From: Erythrobacter sp.
GTDB lineage: Bacteria > Pseudomonadota > Alphaproteobacteria > Sphingomonadales > Sphingomonadaceae
Length of the DNA: 64,000 nucleotides
NCBI RefSeq assembly: GCF_038133525.1
Contig: NZ_JAYPTL010000006.1
Span: 14,280-78,279 of the forward strand
Direction of reading: 5' to 3'
This document shows, in pieces, positions 19,673 through 30,826 of this stretch. The notes beneath the pieces are model-generated. The model was not told where the DNA came from. It saw only the letters and a list, made by a program, of their open reading frames with translations, and did no database searches. Every line of letters begins with the position of its first letter. The stretch's first letter is position 1. Both the position numbers and the translations under genes were made by a program.

Positions 19673-20737
19673 ATGGCGGCCAGTCTGAAGCTCGTAGAAG
19701 GAAAACAAGTGGACGCAGACCGTCAGAAGGCGCTCGACGCCGCGCTCGCGCAGATCGACCGTGCATTCGGCAAGGGCTCGGCGATGAAGCTGGGCCAGAA
19801 GGAAACGATGCAGGTCGAAACGATTTCGACCGGTTCGCTCGGGCTCGATATCGCGCTGGGCGTGGGCGGTCTTCCCAAGGGCCGCGTGATCGAGGTTTAT
19901 GGCCCTGAAAGTTCGGGCAAGACCACCCTGGCGCTGCATGTGATCGCCGAAGCGCAGAAGAATGGTGGAACGGCCGCCTTCGTCGATGCCGAACATGCGC
20001 TCGATCCCGTCTATGCCAAGAAGCTGGGTGTCGACATTGACGAACTGATCGTCTCGCAGCCCGACACCGGCGAACAGGCTTTGGAAATCACCGACACGCT
20101 GGTCCGCTCGAACGCGATCGACGTGCTGGTGGTCGACTCGGTCGCCGCGCTGGTTCCCCGCGCCGAGATCGAAGGCGAGATGGGCGACAGCCATGTCGGC
20201 CTGCAGGCGCGCCTGATGTCGCAGTCGCTGCGCAAGCTGACCGGCTCGATCAACCGCAGCAAATGCATGGTGATCTTCATCAACCAGCTGCGCATGAAGA
20301 TCGGCGTGATGTACGGCAATCCGGAAACCACCACCGGCGGTAATGCGCTCAAATTCTATGCTTCGGTGCGCCTCGACATTCGCCGTACCGGACAGATCAA
20401 GGATCGTGACGACATCATCGGCAACACTACCCGCGTGAAAGTGGTCAAGAACAAGGTCGCCCCGCCGTTCAAGCAGGTCGAATTCGACATCATGTATGGT
20501 GAAGGCATTTCGAAGATCGGCGAGATCCTCGACCTTGGCGTAAAGGTCGGCGTGGTCGAGAAGTCGGGTAGCTGGTTCAGCTATGACAGCGTTCGGATTG
20601 GCCAGGGACGCGAGAACGCCAAGACCTTCCTCAAGGAAAATCCAGAGATGTGCGCCAAGTTGGAAGCCGCAATCCGCGGCCGCACCGACGAGGTGGCCGA
20701 GGAGATGATGACCGGTCCGGACGCGGACGAGGACTGA
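19673..20737 (+). CDS. recA: Recombinase RecA
   Basis: [52 protein letters not shown]; GGAGG RBS. Confidence 0.98.
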   Translation: MAASLKLVEGKQVDADRQKALDAALAQIDRAFGKGSAMKLGQKETMQVETISTGSLGLDIALGVGGLPKGRVIEVYGPESSGKTTLALHVIAEAQKNGGTAAFVDAEHALDPVYAKKLGVDIDELIVSQPDTGEQALEITDTLVRSNAIDVLVVDSVAALVPRAEIEGEMGDSHVGLQARLMSQSLRKLTGSINRSKCMVIFINQLRMKIGVMYGNPETTTGGNALKFYASVRLDIRRTGQIKDRDDIIGNTTRVKVVKNKVAPPFKQVEFDIMYGEGISKIGEILDLGVKVGVVEKSGSWFSYDSVRIGQGRENAKTFLKENPEMCAKLEAAIRGRTDEVAEEMMTGPDADED

Positions 20738-20814
20738 TTCCCCTCAAGCGGGAGCGCGCTGACCACCCCCCGGGCGGCGACATGGCCGGAACTTTCCCCC
20801 GGCGCTCCCGAACG

Positions 20815-20862
20815 AACGGAAAGCCGGTGCGCTCCTGATGGAACGCACCGGCTTTTCCGTTT
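20815..20862 (+). terminator. Intrinsic terminator after recA
   Basis: AACGGAAAGCCGGTGCG-N12-CGCACCGGCTTTTCCGTTT. Confidence 0.75.
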
Positions 20863-20948
20863 GTGCTGGCGCTGGCCGCGGCCGCGCCGCTCGCCTAAGT
20901 CTCTTTCCCGAATCGTCCGGCAAGCAATCCGGGCGCAGGAGAGAACCC

Positions 20949-21575
20949 ATGACGATCACCGTGCACCACCTCAACAACAGCCGATCGCAGCGCATCCTGT
21001 GGCAGCTCGAGGAACTCGGCGCTGACTACGAGATCGTCCACTACCAGCGGGATGCGGAGACAAACCTGGCACCGGCAGACCTCAAGGGCCCTCACCCACT
21101 GGGCAAGTCGCCCCTGATCGAGGATGCGGGCCTGCGCGTCGCCGAAAGCGGGGCCATCATTCAGTACCTATGCGAACGCCATGGAGGCGCAGATTGGCTC
21201 CCCGCCACCGACAGTGAAGACCACGTTCGTCACCTCGAGTGGATGCAGTTCGGTGAGAGCAGTTTCTTTGTGCCCGTTATGCTCAAGCTCATGACGGCAC
21301 GCCTCGGTGAAGCGGCAGCACCCATTGCGCCGCGGATCGACGAACAGTTCGCCGCACATGTCGCCTTCATGGAGGATGGCCTGAATGACAGCGGCCACTT
21401 CGTTGGCGACAGCTGGACTGCCGCCGATGTGCTAATGAGTTTTCCCGCCGAGATCGCTGTGATGCAGGGTTTCGCAGGTCGCTGTCCCAAGACTGTTGCC
21501 TTCGTTGAAGCGATTCACGCACGCCCGGCGTGGCAGAGAGCCCGCGAGCGTGGCGGACCCTACTTCGTCTGGTAG
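20949..21575 (+). CDS. Glutathione S-transferase
   Basis: [35 protein letters not shown]; true start ATG 20949. Confidence 0.92.
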   Translation: MTITVHHLNNSRSQRILWQLEELGADYEIVHYQRDAETNLAPADLKGPHPLGKSPLIEDAGLRVAESGAIIQYLCERHGGADWLPATDSEDHVRHLEWMQFGESSFFVPVMLKLMTARLGEAAAPIAPRIDEQFAAHVAFMEDGLNDSGHFVGDSWTAADVLMSFPAEIAVMQGFAGRCPKTVAFVEAIHARPAWQRARERGGPYFVW

Positions 21576-21660
21576 GCCGAGCTTGCATTTGGGTGGGGCA
21601 GGTCGACACAAGGCCGCGCCCTGGCCCGGTTGGTCGTGCGCAAACAACACGGAAGTTTCG

Positions 21661-22827
21661 ATGAAGATTGCAGTTTTCGGCCTGGGCTATGTCGGCCTCT
21701 CCAACGCTATCATGCTGTCGCAGCACAACACGGTGGTTGGCTGTGACGTCTCGCAGCCGCGGGTCGATTTACTCGCCAACAAGGAGTCCCCCATCAAGGA
21801 CGACCTGGTGGAGGAGTACCTGCTCCGCGACGATCTGGACCTGACCTTCACCACCGACTTTGCTGCTGCGATCAAGGATGCCGATTTCGCCATCGTCGCG
21901 GTCCCGACCAATTATGATGTCGAGAGCAATTTCTTCGATACGTCGGCCGTCGATAGCGTGATTGGGCAAGTCCTCGCTGCAAACGATGTGACGATAATCG
22001 TGATCAAGTCGACGGTACCGGTCGGCTACGTCACCCAGGCCCGTAATCGTTTCGCGAGCGACCGCATCCTGTTCAGCCCTGAGTTCCTGCGCGAAGGCAG
22101 GGCGCTCTACGACAATTTGCATCCATCACGCATCATCGTGGGCGAGCGCTCGGAACGCGCCCGTCTTTTTGCAGACCTGTTGCTACAGCCAGTGCTAGAG
22201 GAGGAGGTGCCGGTACTGCTGACCGACGCGGACGAGGCCGAGGCGATCAAGCTCTTCGCCAATACCTATCTCGCCATGCGGGTCGCTTTCTTCAACGAGC
22301 TCGACAGCTACGCGCTCTCACGCGGGCTCGACACGCGCCAGATCATCGAAGGGGTCGGTCTCGATCCGCGGATCGGCTCGCACTACAACAATCCATCGTT
22401 CGGATATGGCGGCTACTGCCTGCCGAAAGACACCAAGCAGCTGCTCGCCAATTATTCCGAGGTGCCGCAGAACCTGATCCGTGCGATTGTCGACGCCAAC
22501 CGGACCCGCAAGGATTACCTTGCGGACCAGATAATTTCGATGCAACCGCGAAAGGTCGGGATATTCCGCCTGGTGATGAAGGCGGGTTCGGACAATTTCC
22601 GCCAGTCGTCGATCCAGGGGATTATGAAGCGGGTCAAGGCGAAGGGTATCGAGGTCATCGTCTACGAACCGGTGATGGAAGAGGACGAGTTCTTCGGTAG
22701 TCGGGTGATCCGTGACCTTCCGACCTTCAAGGCGGAAGCCGATGTGATCGTCGCCAACCGCCTCGACGCCGATCTCGCGGACGTGGCAGAAAAGGTCTTC
22801 ACCCGCGACCTGTTCGGGGCCGACTAA
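21661..22827 (+). CDS. ugd: UDP-glucose 6-dehydrogenase (short, E. coli Ugd-type, 388 aa)
   Basis: [52 protein letters not shown]. Confidence 0.93.
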   Translation: MKIAVFGLGYVGLSNAIMLSQHNTVVGCDVSQPRVDLLANKESPIKDDLVEEYLLRDDLDLTFTTDFAAAIKDADFAIVAVPTNYDVESNFFDTSAVDSVIGQVLAANDVTIIVIKSTVPVGYVTQARNRFASDRILFSPEFLREGRALYDNLHPSRIIVGERSERARLFADLLLQPVLEEEVPVLLTDADEAEAIKLFANTYLAMRVAFFNELDSYALSRGLDTRQIIEGVGLDPRIGSHYNNPSFGYGGYCLPKDTKQLLANYSEVPQNLIRAIVDANRTRKDYLADQIISMQPRKVGIFRLVMKAGSDNFRQSSIQGIMKRVKAKGIEVIVYEPVMEEDEFFGSRVIRDLPTFKAEADVIVANRLDADLADVAEKVFTRDLFGAD

Positions 22828-23849
22828 TGGCGGAAACGCGGACAGCGCTTGTCACCGGAGCGGCGGGCTTCATCGGCTATTTTACTTGCCGTCGCCTGCT
22901 GGCTGACGGCTTCACGGTTATCGGCGTCGATTCGCTCACCGATTACTACGATCCGCAGTTGAAGCTGCGCCGTCAGGCAGGGCTGTTGCAGAGCGCCGGT
23001 TTCCGTGCGGTCAACGAACCGATCGAGACAGCCGGACTGCTTGCGGATCTCTTCGCGAACGCCAAGCCGGATGTAGTGATCCATCTCGCGGCCCAGGCGG
23101 GTGTGCGCTACTCGATCGATAATCCGCGCAGCTACCTCGAGAGCAACCTCGTTGGCACATTCGAATTGCTCGAGGCTGCACGTGCACATCCGCCGCAGCA
23201 CATGCTGCTTGCCTCGACATCCTCCGCCTACGGCGCGAATACCGAGATGCCCTATCGCGAAACGATGAAGGCGGATCACCAGATGTCCTTCTACGCCGCG
23301 ACCAAGAAGGCGACCGAGGCGATGGCGCATTCATATGCCCATCTGTTCGACCTTCCGGTGACGATGTTCCGCTTCTTCACCGTCTATGGCCCTTGGGGGC
23401 GGCCCGACATGGCACTGTTCAAGTTTACGCGTGCGATGCTGAGTGGCGAACCGATCGACGTGTACAATCACGGCGAGATGATGCGCGACTTCACCTATAT
23501 CGATGATCTGGTGGAAGCGATCCGCCGCCTGGTCGATGCGCCGCCAATGCGACCCGATAGTGCCGAAGCGATAGCGGAAGGTGACAGCCTCTCACCAGTC
23601 GCACCGTGGCGGGTGGTCAACATCGGCAATTCGCAACCTGTGCAGCTTGGCGACATGATTGCGGCGGTCGAGGATGCGCTGGGAGTAACGGCGCAGCGCA
23701 ATCTCATGCCGATGCAGCCGGGCGACGTACCCGCGACCTGGGCCGACGCCGAACTGCTGCGCTCGCTGACCGGCTATGTTCCGCAAACCGATATTCGGCA
23801 GGGCGTGCAGCGCTTTGTCGCTTGGTATCGCGATTATTACGAGGTGTAG
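22827..23849 (+). CDS. NAD-dependent epimerase, UDP-glucuronate 4-epimerase-like
   Basis: TGAAGFIG, HLAAQAGVRYS, YAATKK, RFFTVYGPWGRPDMA, MQPGDVP. Confidence 0.9.
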   Translation: MAETRTALVTGAAGFIGYFTCRRLLADGFTVIGVDSLTDYYDPQLKLRRQAGLLQSAGFRAVNEPIETAGLLADLFANAKPDVVIHLAAQAGVRYSIDNPRSYLESNLVGTFELLEAARAHPPQHMLLASTSSAYGANTEMPYRETMKADHQMSFYAATKKATEAMAHSYAHLFDLPVTMFRFFTVYGPWGRPDMALFKFTRAMLSGEPIDVYNHGEMMRDFTYIDDLVEAIRRLVDAPPMRPDSAEAIAEGDSLSPVAPWRVVNIGNSQPVQLGDMIAAVEDALGVTAQRNLMPMQPGDVPATWADAELLRSLTGYVPQTDIRQGVQRFVAWYRDYYEV

Positions 23850-23852
23850 GCG

Positions 23853-24683
23853 ATGACCGACGCAGCGGACTGGATCGGTAGGGTCGGCAAAAGCTGGGCC
23901 TATGAATGGGAACGGACCGACCGCAGTTTCGCTCCCCTGACTCAAAGGCTGTTCGACATTGCCGATAGCTGCAACTTCGCGCGAGCGCTCGACATCGGTT
24001 GTGGTGCGGGGGAACTGACCCTGCGGCTCGGACAGGCCCGTCCTGAGGCGCGGGTGACGGGCGTGGACATCAGCGAAGATCTTGTGGCGGTCGCGCGCGA
24101 GCGCTGCAATGGCCTTGCCAACGTCCGGATCGAACTGGCGGATGCCGCCCGATGGAGCTCGCCAAAGGGCGAGGCGCCCGACTTGCTGGTTTCGCGCCAC
24201 GGGGTGATGTTCTTCGATGACCCCATCGGTGCGTTCAGCCATATTGCTTCTCAGGCGGCTCCCGCGGCGCGATTGGTGTTCTCCTGCTTCCGCGCTGTCG
24301 GAGAGAACGGTTGGGTCCGTGAACTCGCCACGGCGCTGCCGTCTGGCGCCGCTCCTGCGGGTGATCCGAATGCACCGGGTCCTTTTGCGTTTGGAAACCG
24401 GGATCGGGTCGAAGGCATCCTCGATGCCGCTGGCTGGCGCGACATAGGTTTCGAGGCATTCGATTATCCGATGGTCGGCGGGGCTGGAGATCAGGCAGTC
24501 GAGGATGGCCTCTCCTACTTCCTCCGCATCGGACCCGCCGCGCGGGCTGTTGCCATGCTTGAAGGTTCTGAAAGGGAGCAAACGATCGATCGGTTGCGCG
24601 GGGTCATCGAGCGTCATCATGCCGATGGGATCGTGGCTTTGCCCTCCGCAGCCTGGATCGTGACGGCCCGGGCGCCCGCCTGA
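23853..24683 (+). CDS. Class I SAM-dependent methyltransferase
   Basis: LDIGCGAGE, GVDIS, DLLVSRHGVMFFDDP, PGPFAF. Confidence 0.88.
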   Translation: MTDAADWIGRVGKSWAYEWERTDRSFAPLTQRLFDIADSCNFARALDIGCGAGELTLRLGQARPEARVTGVDISEDLVAVARERCNGLANVRIELADAARWSSPKGEAPDLLVSRHGVMFFDDPIGAFSHIASQAAPAARLVFSCFRAVGENGWVRELATALPSGAAPAGDPNAPGPFAFGNRDRVEGILDAAGWRDIGFEAFDYPMVGGAGDQAVEDGLSYFLRIGPAARAVAMLEGSEREQTIDRLRGVIERHHADGIVALPSAAWIVTARAPA

Positions 24684-24755
24684 TCGCTTCCTGCGAACTG
24701 TTTGACCGACCTTTCGTGCTTGTCGCCTGCGCGGCGATTGCCTAACTGCGCCTCC

Positions 24756-27416
24756 ATGACCTCGACCAACGACATTCGCCGCAGTTTCCTCGACTATTTC
24801 GCGTCCAATGGGCACGCCGAGATTGCGAGCGCGCCGCTGGTGCCGTTCAGCGATCCGACGCTGATGTTCGTCAACGCGGGCATGGTCCCGTTCAAGAACG
24901 CCTTCACGGGGCTTGAAACTCCGCCGGCACCGCGCGCAACCAGCTCGCAGAAATGCGTTCGCGCCGGGGGCAAGCACAACGATCTCGATAATGTCGGCTA
25001 CACTGCGCGGCACCACACCTTCTTCGAGATGCTGGGGAATTTCTCCTTCGGCGATTATTTCAAGGAACAGGCGATTCATCACGCCTGGACGCTGCTGACG
25101 AAGGAATGGGGTCTCGACCCCGCGCGGCTGACCGTCACCGTCTATCACACCGATGATGAGGCTTTCGACCTGTGGAAGAAGCTGACCGGCTTCGCTGACG
25201 AAAAGATCATCCGCATTCCGACCAAGGACAATTTCTGGGCCATGGGTTCGGATGGTCCGTGCGGTCCGTGCTCCGAGATCTTCTACGATCACGGCGACCA
25301 CATCTGGGGCGGCCCTCCGGGATCGCCCGAGGAAGATGGTGACCGCTTTGTCGAGATCTGGAACCTCGTATTCATGCAGTATGAGCAGGCAGCGGACGAG
25401 ATCGTTGCCGACCTGCCCAAGCCTAGCATCGATACCGGCATGGGGATCGAACGCATTGCCGCGGTAATGCAGGGCGTTCACGACAATTACGATACCGACA
25501 CGTTCAAGGCGCTGATCGGCGCCAGTGAGAGCCTGACGGGGGTCAGGGCCGAGGGCGATCAGCGGGCGAGCCATCGCGTGATTGCGGACCACCTGCGTTC
25601 GACCAGCTTCCTGCTGGCCGACGGCGTGCTGCCCAGCAATGAGGGGCGCGGCTACGTCCTGCGACGCATCATGCGCCGCGCAATGCGCCACGCGCACCTG
25701 CTGGGCGCATCGCAGCCATTGATGCATCGGCTGGTTCCCGCGCTGGTTACCGAGATGGGCCAGGCCTATCCCGAACTGGTTCGCGGCCAGGCGCTTATCC
25801 AGGAAGTGCTGGAACGCGAGGAAACGCAGTTCCGCCGCACGCTCGACAAGGGCCTTAAGCTGCTCGACGAGGCAACTGGGGACATGGGCGAGGGCGGTAC
25901 ACTGCCCGGTGAAACCGCATTCAAGCTCTACGATACCTATGGCTTCCCCTACGACCTCACCGAAGATGCGCTGCGCAACCGGGGCATCGGGGTCGACAAG
26001 GCGGGATTCGACGCCGCCATGGCGCAGCAGAAAGCTGCCGCTCGCGCCGCGTGGAAGGGTTCGGGCGAGGCCGCGAGCGAGGAAGTCTGGTTCGACATCG
26101 CCGAGCGTGAGGGCTCGACCGAATTCACCGGCTACACTTCGACCACGGGTGAGGCTGCCGTGGTCGCCATCGTCAAGGACGGCAAGGAAGTGCAGTCCGC
26201 CAGCGAGGGCGAAGCGGTGGTCGTCCTCACTAACCAGACCCCCTTCTATGGCGAGAGTGGGGGCCAGACGGGCGACGCGGGTCGTATCTGGACGCCCGAA
26301 GGTCTCGAGTTCGCCGTCACGACTACCAACAAGCCGCTCGGCCGATTGCACGCCCATGTGGGAACCGTGTCCAAGGGGTCGATCAAGGTTGGCGACGCCG
26401 TTCACTTGGTGATCGATGCCGACCGGCGCGATCGTATCCGCGCCAACCATTCCGCCACGCACCTGGTTCACGCGGCGCTGCGCAATCGCCTTGGCGGTCA
26501 TGTGACGCAAAAGGGATCGCTGGTCGCGGATGATCGATTCCGCTTCGACTTCTCGCACCCCAAGCCGCTGACCGAGGAAGACATTGCCGCGGTCGAAGCC
26601 GAAGTGAACGCAGAGATCCGCGCCAATGAAGCGGTCGGTACACGATTGATGACGCCGGACGATGCCGTCGCTGCAGGGGCGCTGGCGCTGTTCGGCGAGA
26701 AGTACGGTGACGAAGTTCGCGTGCTTTCCATGGGCCGCAAGGGCGGCGAAGGTCGCAGCTATTCGGTCGAGCTTTGCGGGGGCACGCATGTGCGCGCCAC
26801 TGGCGATATCGGCGTGTTCAAGATCGTTTCCGAAAGCGCTGTCAGCTCGGGCGTCCGCCGGATCGAAGCACTGACCGGTGAGGCCGCGCGCCAATGGCTG
26901 GTCGCCCGCGACGAAGCGGTGCGCGCAATCGCCAATGCGCTCAAGACCTCACCCGACGAGGCCCCGGCACGGGTCGCGTCGCTCGTCGAGGAGCGCAAGC
27001 GTCTGGAGAAGGAACTGGCCGACGCAAAGCGCGCACTGGCGCTGGGCGGCGGGGGCGGCGAGGCTGGACCGGCTGATGAAGCCATTGGGGGCGTGGCGTT
27101 TTCCGGCCAGGTGATCGAAGGGCTCGATCCCAAGGAACTGCGTCCGCTGCTCGACGATGCGAAGAAGCGCATGGGTTCGGGCGTTGCCGCAGTTTGCGCT
27201 GTCAACGACGGCAAGGGCGCCTTCGCGGTCGCCGTGACGGATGATCTGACCGGACGCTTCAGCGCCGTGGACCTCGTCCGACTGGGTGTGGAAGCTCTCG
27301 GCGGGAAGGGTGGCGGCGGTCGACCGGACATGGCCCAAGGCGGCGGACCCGACGGATCGAAGGCGTCCGACGCAATCGCCGCAGTAAGGGCGGCGCTGGC
27401 AAAGGTGTCCGCCTGA
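24756..27416 (+). CDS. alaS: Alanine--tRNA ligase
   Basis: [56 protein letters not shown]. Confidence 0.98.
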   Translation: MTSTNDIRRSFLDYFASNGHAEIASAPLVPFSDPTLMFVNAGMVPFKNAFTGLETPPAPRATSSQKCVRAGGKHNDLDNVGYTARHHTFFEMLGNFSFGDYFKEQAIHHAWTLLTKEWGLDPARLTVTVYHTDDEAFDLWKKLTGFADEKIIRIPTKDNFWAMGSDGPCGPCSEIFYDHGDHIWGGPPGSPEEDGDRFVEIWNLVFMQYEQAADEIVADLPKPSIDTGMGIERIAAVMQGVHDNYDTDTFKALIGASESLTGVRAEGDQRASHRVIADHLRSTSFLLADGVLPSNEGRGYVLRRIMRRAMRHAHLLGASQPLMHRLVPALVTEMGQAYPELVRGQALIQEVLEREETQFRRTLDKGLKLLDEATGDMGEGGTLPGETAFKLYDTYGFPYDLTEDALRNRGIGVDKAGFDAAMAQQKAAARAAWKGSGEAASEEVWFDIAEREGSTEFTGYTSTTGEAAVVAIVKDGKEVQSASEGEAVVVLTNQTPFYGESGGQTGDAGRIWTPEGLEFAVTTTNKPLGRLHAHVGTVSKGSIKVGDAVHLVIDADRRDRIRANHSATHLVHAALRNRLGGHVTQKGSLVADDRFRFDFSHPKPLTEEDIAAVEAEVNAEIRANEAVGTRLMTPDDAVAAGALALFGEKYGDEVRVLSMGRKGGEGRSYSVELCGGTHVRATGDIGVFKIVSESAVSSGVRRIEALTGEAARQWLVARDEAVRAIANALKTSPDEAPARVASLVEERKRLEKELADAKRALALGGGGGEAGPADEAIGGVAFSGQVIEGLDPKELRPLLDDAKKRMGSGVAAVCAVNDGKGAFAVAVTDDLTGRFSAVDLVRLGVEALGGKGGGGRPDMAQGGGPDGSKASDAIAAVRAALAKVSA

Positions 27417-27417
27417 T

Positions 27418-29181
27418 CTAGCCCGCTTCGGTCGTGCTGGTGCGCAGCTTCGGCTTGTAGTCGAGCGCGCCTTCCTGCTCGATCTGCGCGCGAAATTCGT
27501 CGCGCTTCTCGTGGATCGAGGCGATCACCGGGCCCATTGCCACGCCGATATCGACGAGCACGGCTTCCGACAGCTGGAGCGAGCTCTCGAGCGTTTCGGG
27601 GACTGCATGGCTTGCGCCGGCGCGATAGAGCTCGGCGGCATGCGTCACGTCGCGGGCACGGCAGACGATCAGCAGATCCGGGTGTTCCTTGCGTAGTTTC
27701 GCGACCAGCCGCTGGACCAGGACCGGTTCGTCCATGGTCAGGACCACTGCGGCGGCCCTGTCGACGCCAAGGCGCGACATGGCATCGCCGCGCCATGCAT
27801 CGCCAAAGGTTGCCCGAAAACCCTGCCGCTTGGCTTGTTCGATCAGGTCTGGGTCGGAATCGAGCGCGACATATGGCTTGCCATGGGCGTCGAGCATTTG
27901 CGCGATGAGCAAGCCCACGCGACCCGCCCCGACGATGATGACCCGTGCCTCGCCGCTCGCGGGTTCCGGCATTTCCGGAGCGGGCTCGACCCGGCGTGCG
28001 ATCACCCGGCCGAGCCGTGCGAGTAATGGCGTTACAGTCAGGCCGATGGCGGTGACGATTTGCCAGAACTGCGCCGTACCTGGCTGGATCAGTAGCGCCG
28101 AACTGGCTGCGGCCAGCACGATCAGCGTCGTCTCCGAGGGACTGGCCATCAGAATTCCGGTCTCTGCGGCCGTGCTGCGCCGTGCACCCATCACTCGCAG
28201 CAAGACGCCCGTAACCAGCGCCTTGAACACGAGGATCACCACGACTGCAGTCAGCAGTGAGCCGAGGTTCTCCCAGATCGTGGCCAGGTCGATGCTCATG
28301 CCAACGGTGATCAGGAAGATACCCAGAGCCAGTCCCTTGAACGGCTCGGTGATCGATTCGACTTCGCTGTGATACTCGGTCTCGGCGATCAGCAGGCCGG
28401 CGATCAGTGCCCCGACGATGGGGGAGAGGCCGACTGCGGCGGTGGCCAGGCTGGACCCGATCACCACCAGCAGCGAAGCGGCAAGGAACAGTTCCGGGCT
28501 CTTGGTCCGGGCGGCCTGCCCGAACAGGCGGGGAAGGGCAATTCGTCCAAGGACCATCATTGCCGCGATCACCAGCGCACCCTGCCACAGCGTGGTGAGC
28601 ATCCCCTCCCATCCTTCGGCCTCGGCATTGGGGGCCATGGCCCCGAGGATAAAGATGATCGGGACGATCATGATGTCTTCGAACAGCAGCATCGATAGTG
28701 CCGCCCGGCCGACGGGTGAACTGGTGCCGGAAATCGGCAAGACGATGGCGGTGGAAGAGAAAGCCAGGGCGAAGCCAAGCGCCAGTGCTCCGGTCCAGAA
28801 CTGGCCCATCATCGTCAGGACGATGGCCGCACAGCTGCCGATGACGATGAGTTCGAGCGCACCGAGCCCGAAAACCAGCCTCCGCATCTGCCACAGGCGG
28901 TTGAAACTCAGCTCAAGCCCGATCGAAAACAGCAACAGGATGATCCCGAACTCGGCGAAGATGTCGAGCGCGTCGGGGTCGGATATGGTGATGTATTCCA
29001 ACCAGGGATGTTCGAACACGAGCCGGCCGAGCCCGTATGGCCCCACGGCGATCCCGATCAGGATGAAGCCGATGACCGGCGTGATGCGGAAGCGCGTGAA
29101 AACCGGGATGACCAGTCCGGCGGCGCCAAGGATCACCAGCGCGTCGGACAGGGCGGGGGAAGCAAAATCGGCTGAGGCCAT
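27418..29181 (-). CDS. CPA2 cation:proton antiporter with KTN domain (KefB/KefC-like)
   Basis: Multiple TMs, AEFGIILLLFSIGLE, LFEDI, C-terminal IVGAGRVG Rossmann, FGDA. Confidence 0.9.
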   Translation of the reverse strand: MASADFASPALSDALVILGAAGLVIPVFTRFRITPVIGFILIGIAVGPYGLGRLVFEHPWLEYITISDPDALDIFAEFGIILLLFSIGLELSFNRLWQMRRLVFGLGALELIVIGSCAAIVLTMMGQFWTGALALGFALAFSSTAIVLPISGTSSPVGRAALSMLLFEDIMIVPIIFILGAMAPNAEAEGWEGMLTTLWQGALVIAAMMVLGRIALPRLFGQAARTKSPELFLAASLLVVIGSSLATAAVGLSPIVGALIAGLLIAETEYHSEVESITEPFKGLALGIFLITVGMSIDLATIWENLGSLLTAVVVILVFKALVTGVLLRVMGARRSTAAETGILMASPSETTLIVLAAASSALLIQPGTAQFWQIVTAIGLTVTPLLARLGRVIARRVEPAPEMPEPASGEARVIIVGAGRVGLLIAQMLDAHGKPYVALDSDPDLIEQAKRQGFRATFGDAWRGDAMSRLGVDRAAAVVLTMDEPVLVQRLVAKLRKEHPDLLIVCRARDVTHAAELYRAGASHAVPETLESSLQLSEAVLVDIGVAMGPVIASIHEKRDEFRAQIEQEGALDYKPKLRTSTTEAG

Positions 29182-29281
29182 GAGCTTGGTCTAGTCAGCA
29201 CCCCATCGCCTGTCACCCACCTTGGATGGATATTGCCTGCAGTATCGTGCGACCGGCTTGAGGAGCGATACCTATAGGTAC

Positions 29282-29320
29282 GAAAAACCCGGGAGCGGCG
29301 GTGCCGACCCCGGGTTCTTC
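29282..29320 (-). terminator. Intrinsic terminator after icd
   Basis: GAAAAACCCGGG...CCCGGGTTCTTC stem; U-tract on the minus strand. Confidence 0.75.
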
Positions 29321-29344
29321 AATCTGTTTCGGACGCTGTCGAAA

Positions 29345-30568
29345 TTACGCCCAGCTAGACATTTCCTTCTCGAGGTTCTCGACGATAGCCTCGAAGAACT
29401 GCTCGGTGGTCATCCAGCTCTGATCGGGTCCGATGAGCAGCGCCAGGTCCTTGGTCATCTTGCCGCTTTCGACGGTCTTGATGCAGACGTTTTCGAGCGT
29501 CTCGGCGAAGCGGACGACATCGGGCGTGTTGTCGAACTTGCCGCGATACATCAGGCCGCGGGTCCAGGCGAAGATCGACGCGATCGGATTGGTCGACGTT
29601 GCCTTGCCCTGCTGGTGCTGGCGATAGTGGCGGGTAACCGTGCCGTGCGCGGCTTCCGCCTCGACCGTCTTGCCGTCGGGGGTCATCAGCACCGAGGTCA
29701 TCAGGCCGAGCGAGCCGAAGCCTTGCGCGACGGTGTCCGACTGCACGTCGCCGTCGTAGTTCTTGCAGGCCCAGACGAACTTGCCCGACCACTTGAGCGC
29801 GCTGGCGACCATGTCATCGATCAGGCGGTGCTCATAGGTGATGCCGGCGGCCTTGAACTTCTCCGCGAAGCCCTCGGTGTCGAACACCTCCTGGAACAGG
29901 TCCTTGAAGCGGCCATCATAGGCTTTCATGATCGTGTTCTTGGTCGAAAGATACACGGGCCAACCGAGGCCAAGACCATAGTTGAAGCTGGCGCGGGCGA
30001 AATCGCGGATCGAATCGTCGAGATTGTACATCGCCATGGCGACGCCCGAGCTCGGAAAATCGAACACGTCGAGGTCGATCTTGGTGCCGTCCTCGCCATC
30101 GAAAACCAGCCGCAGCTTGCCGGGGCCGGGGATCAGCGTGTCGGTGGCACGATACTGGTCACCGAAGGCGTGACGGCCGACCACGATCGGATCGGTCCAG
30201 CCCGGCACGAGGCGCGGCACATTGTCGATCACGATCGGTTCGCGGAACACCACGCCACCCAGGATGTTGCGGATCGTGCCGTTGGGCGACTTCCACATCT
30301 TCTTGAGATTGAACTCTTCGACGCGTGCTTCGTCGGGGGTGATGGTGGCGCACTTAACGCCGACGCCATACTGCTTGATGGCATTGGCCGCATCGATGGT
30401 AATCTGATCGTCAGTCTCGTCGCGCTTCTCGACCGAGAGGTCGTAGTACTTCAGATCAACATCGAGATAGGGCAGGATCAGCCGTTCGCGGATCCACTGC
30501 CAGATAATGCGGGTCATTTCGTCGCCGTCGAGTTCGACGATCGGATTGGCAACCTTGATCTTGGCCAT
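29345..30568 (-). CDS. icd: NADP-dependent isocitrate dehydrogenase (eukaryote-like homodimeric type)
   Basis: [48 protein letters not shown]. Confidence 0.97.
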   Translation of the reverse strand: MAKIKVANPIVELDGDEMTRIIWQWIRERLILPYLDVDLKYYDLSVEKRDETDDQITIDAANAIKQYGVGVKCATITPDEARVEEFNLKKMWKSPNGTIRNILGGVVFREPIVIDNVPRLVPGWTDPIVVGRHAFGDQYRATDTLIPGPGKLRLVFDGEDGTKIDLDVFDFPSSGVAMAMYNLDDSIRDFARASFNYGLGLGWPVYLSTKNTIMKAYDGRFKDLFQEVFDTEGFAEKFKAAGITYEHRLIDDMVASALKWSGKFVWACKNYDGDVQSDTVAQGFGSLGLMTSVLMTPDGKTVEAEAAHGTVTRHYRQHQQGKATSTNPIASIFAWTRGLMYRGKFDNTPDVVRFAETLENVCIKTVESGKMTKDLALLIGPDQSWMTTEQFFEAIVENLEKEMSSWA

Positions 30569-30826
30569 CGTTTTCCTGTCAGTTCGAATGAGGTTGCGGG
30601 CGCTTTAGCAGAGGGAAGCGTGAGGGCAAGGGAGGGGCGACGGAGAGGCATCGTCACGTTCCGGGCGACGGGGCGGTTCAGGCGACCAGCAGCTTGTCGG
30701 GAATGGGGTGGCTCGAAGACGGATTTTGCAAAATCCGACAAGGCGCAGTAATCCACCCTCAGTCGCCGGTTTGACGGACAAAGGCTAGCAAACCGGTTCG
30801 GTCGCAAATTCCTCTGGAAGTCAGTT

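Noticed and set aside
20860-20898. Signal-peptide-like remnant FVLALAAAAPLA-stop after the recA terminator
   Set aside because: No start codon in frame (stop at 20836); too short to call a pseudogene
23592-26894. 1100-aa minus-strand ORF, and similar long ORFs at 26759-28894, 29222-30751, 38266-39591 and 46019-47509
   Set aside because: Antisense or off-frame shadows of well-supported genes, expected from high GC3 codon bias; no domains or RBS
29269-29280. 12-bp palindrome TACCTATAGGTA upstream of the Kef-type antiporter
   Set aside because: Single short palindrome with no supporting context; may be chance
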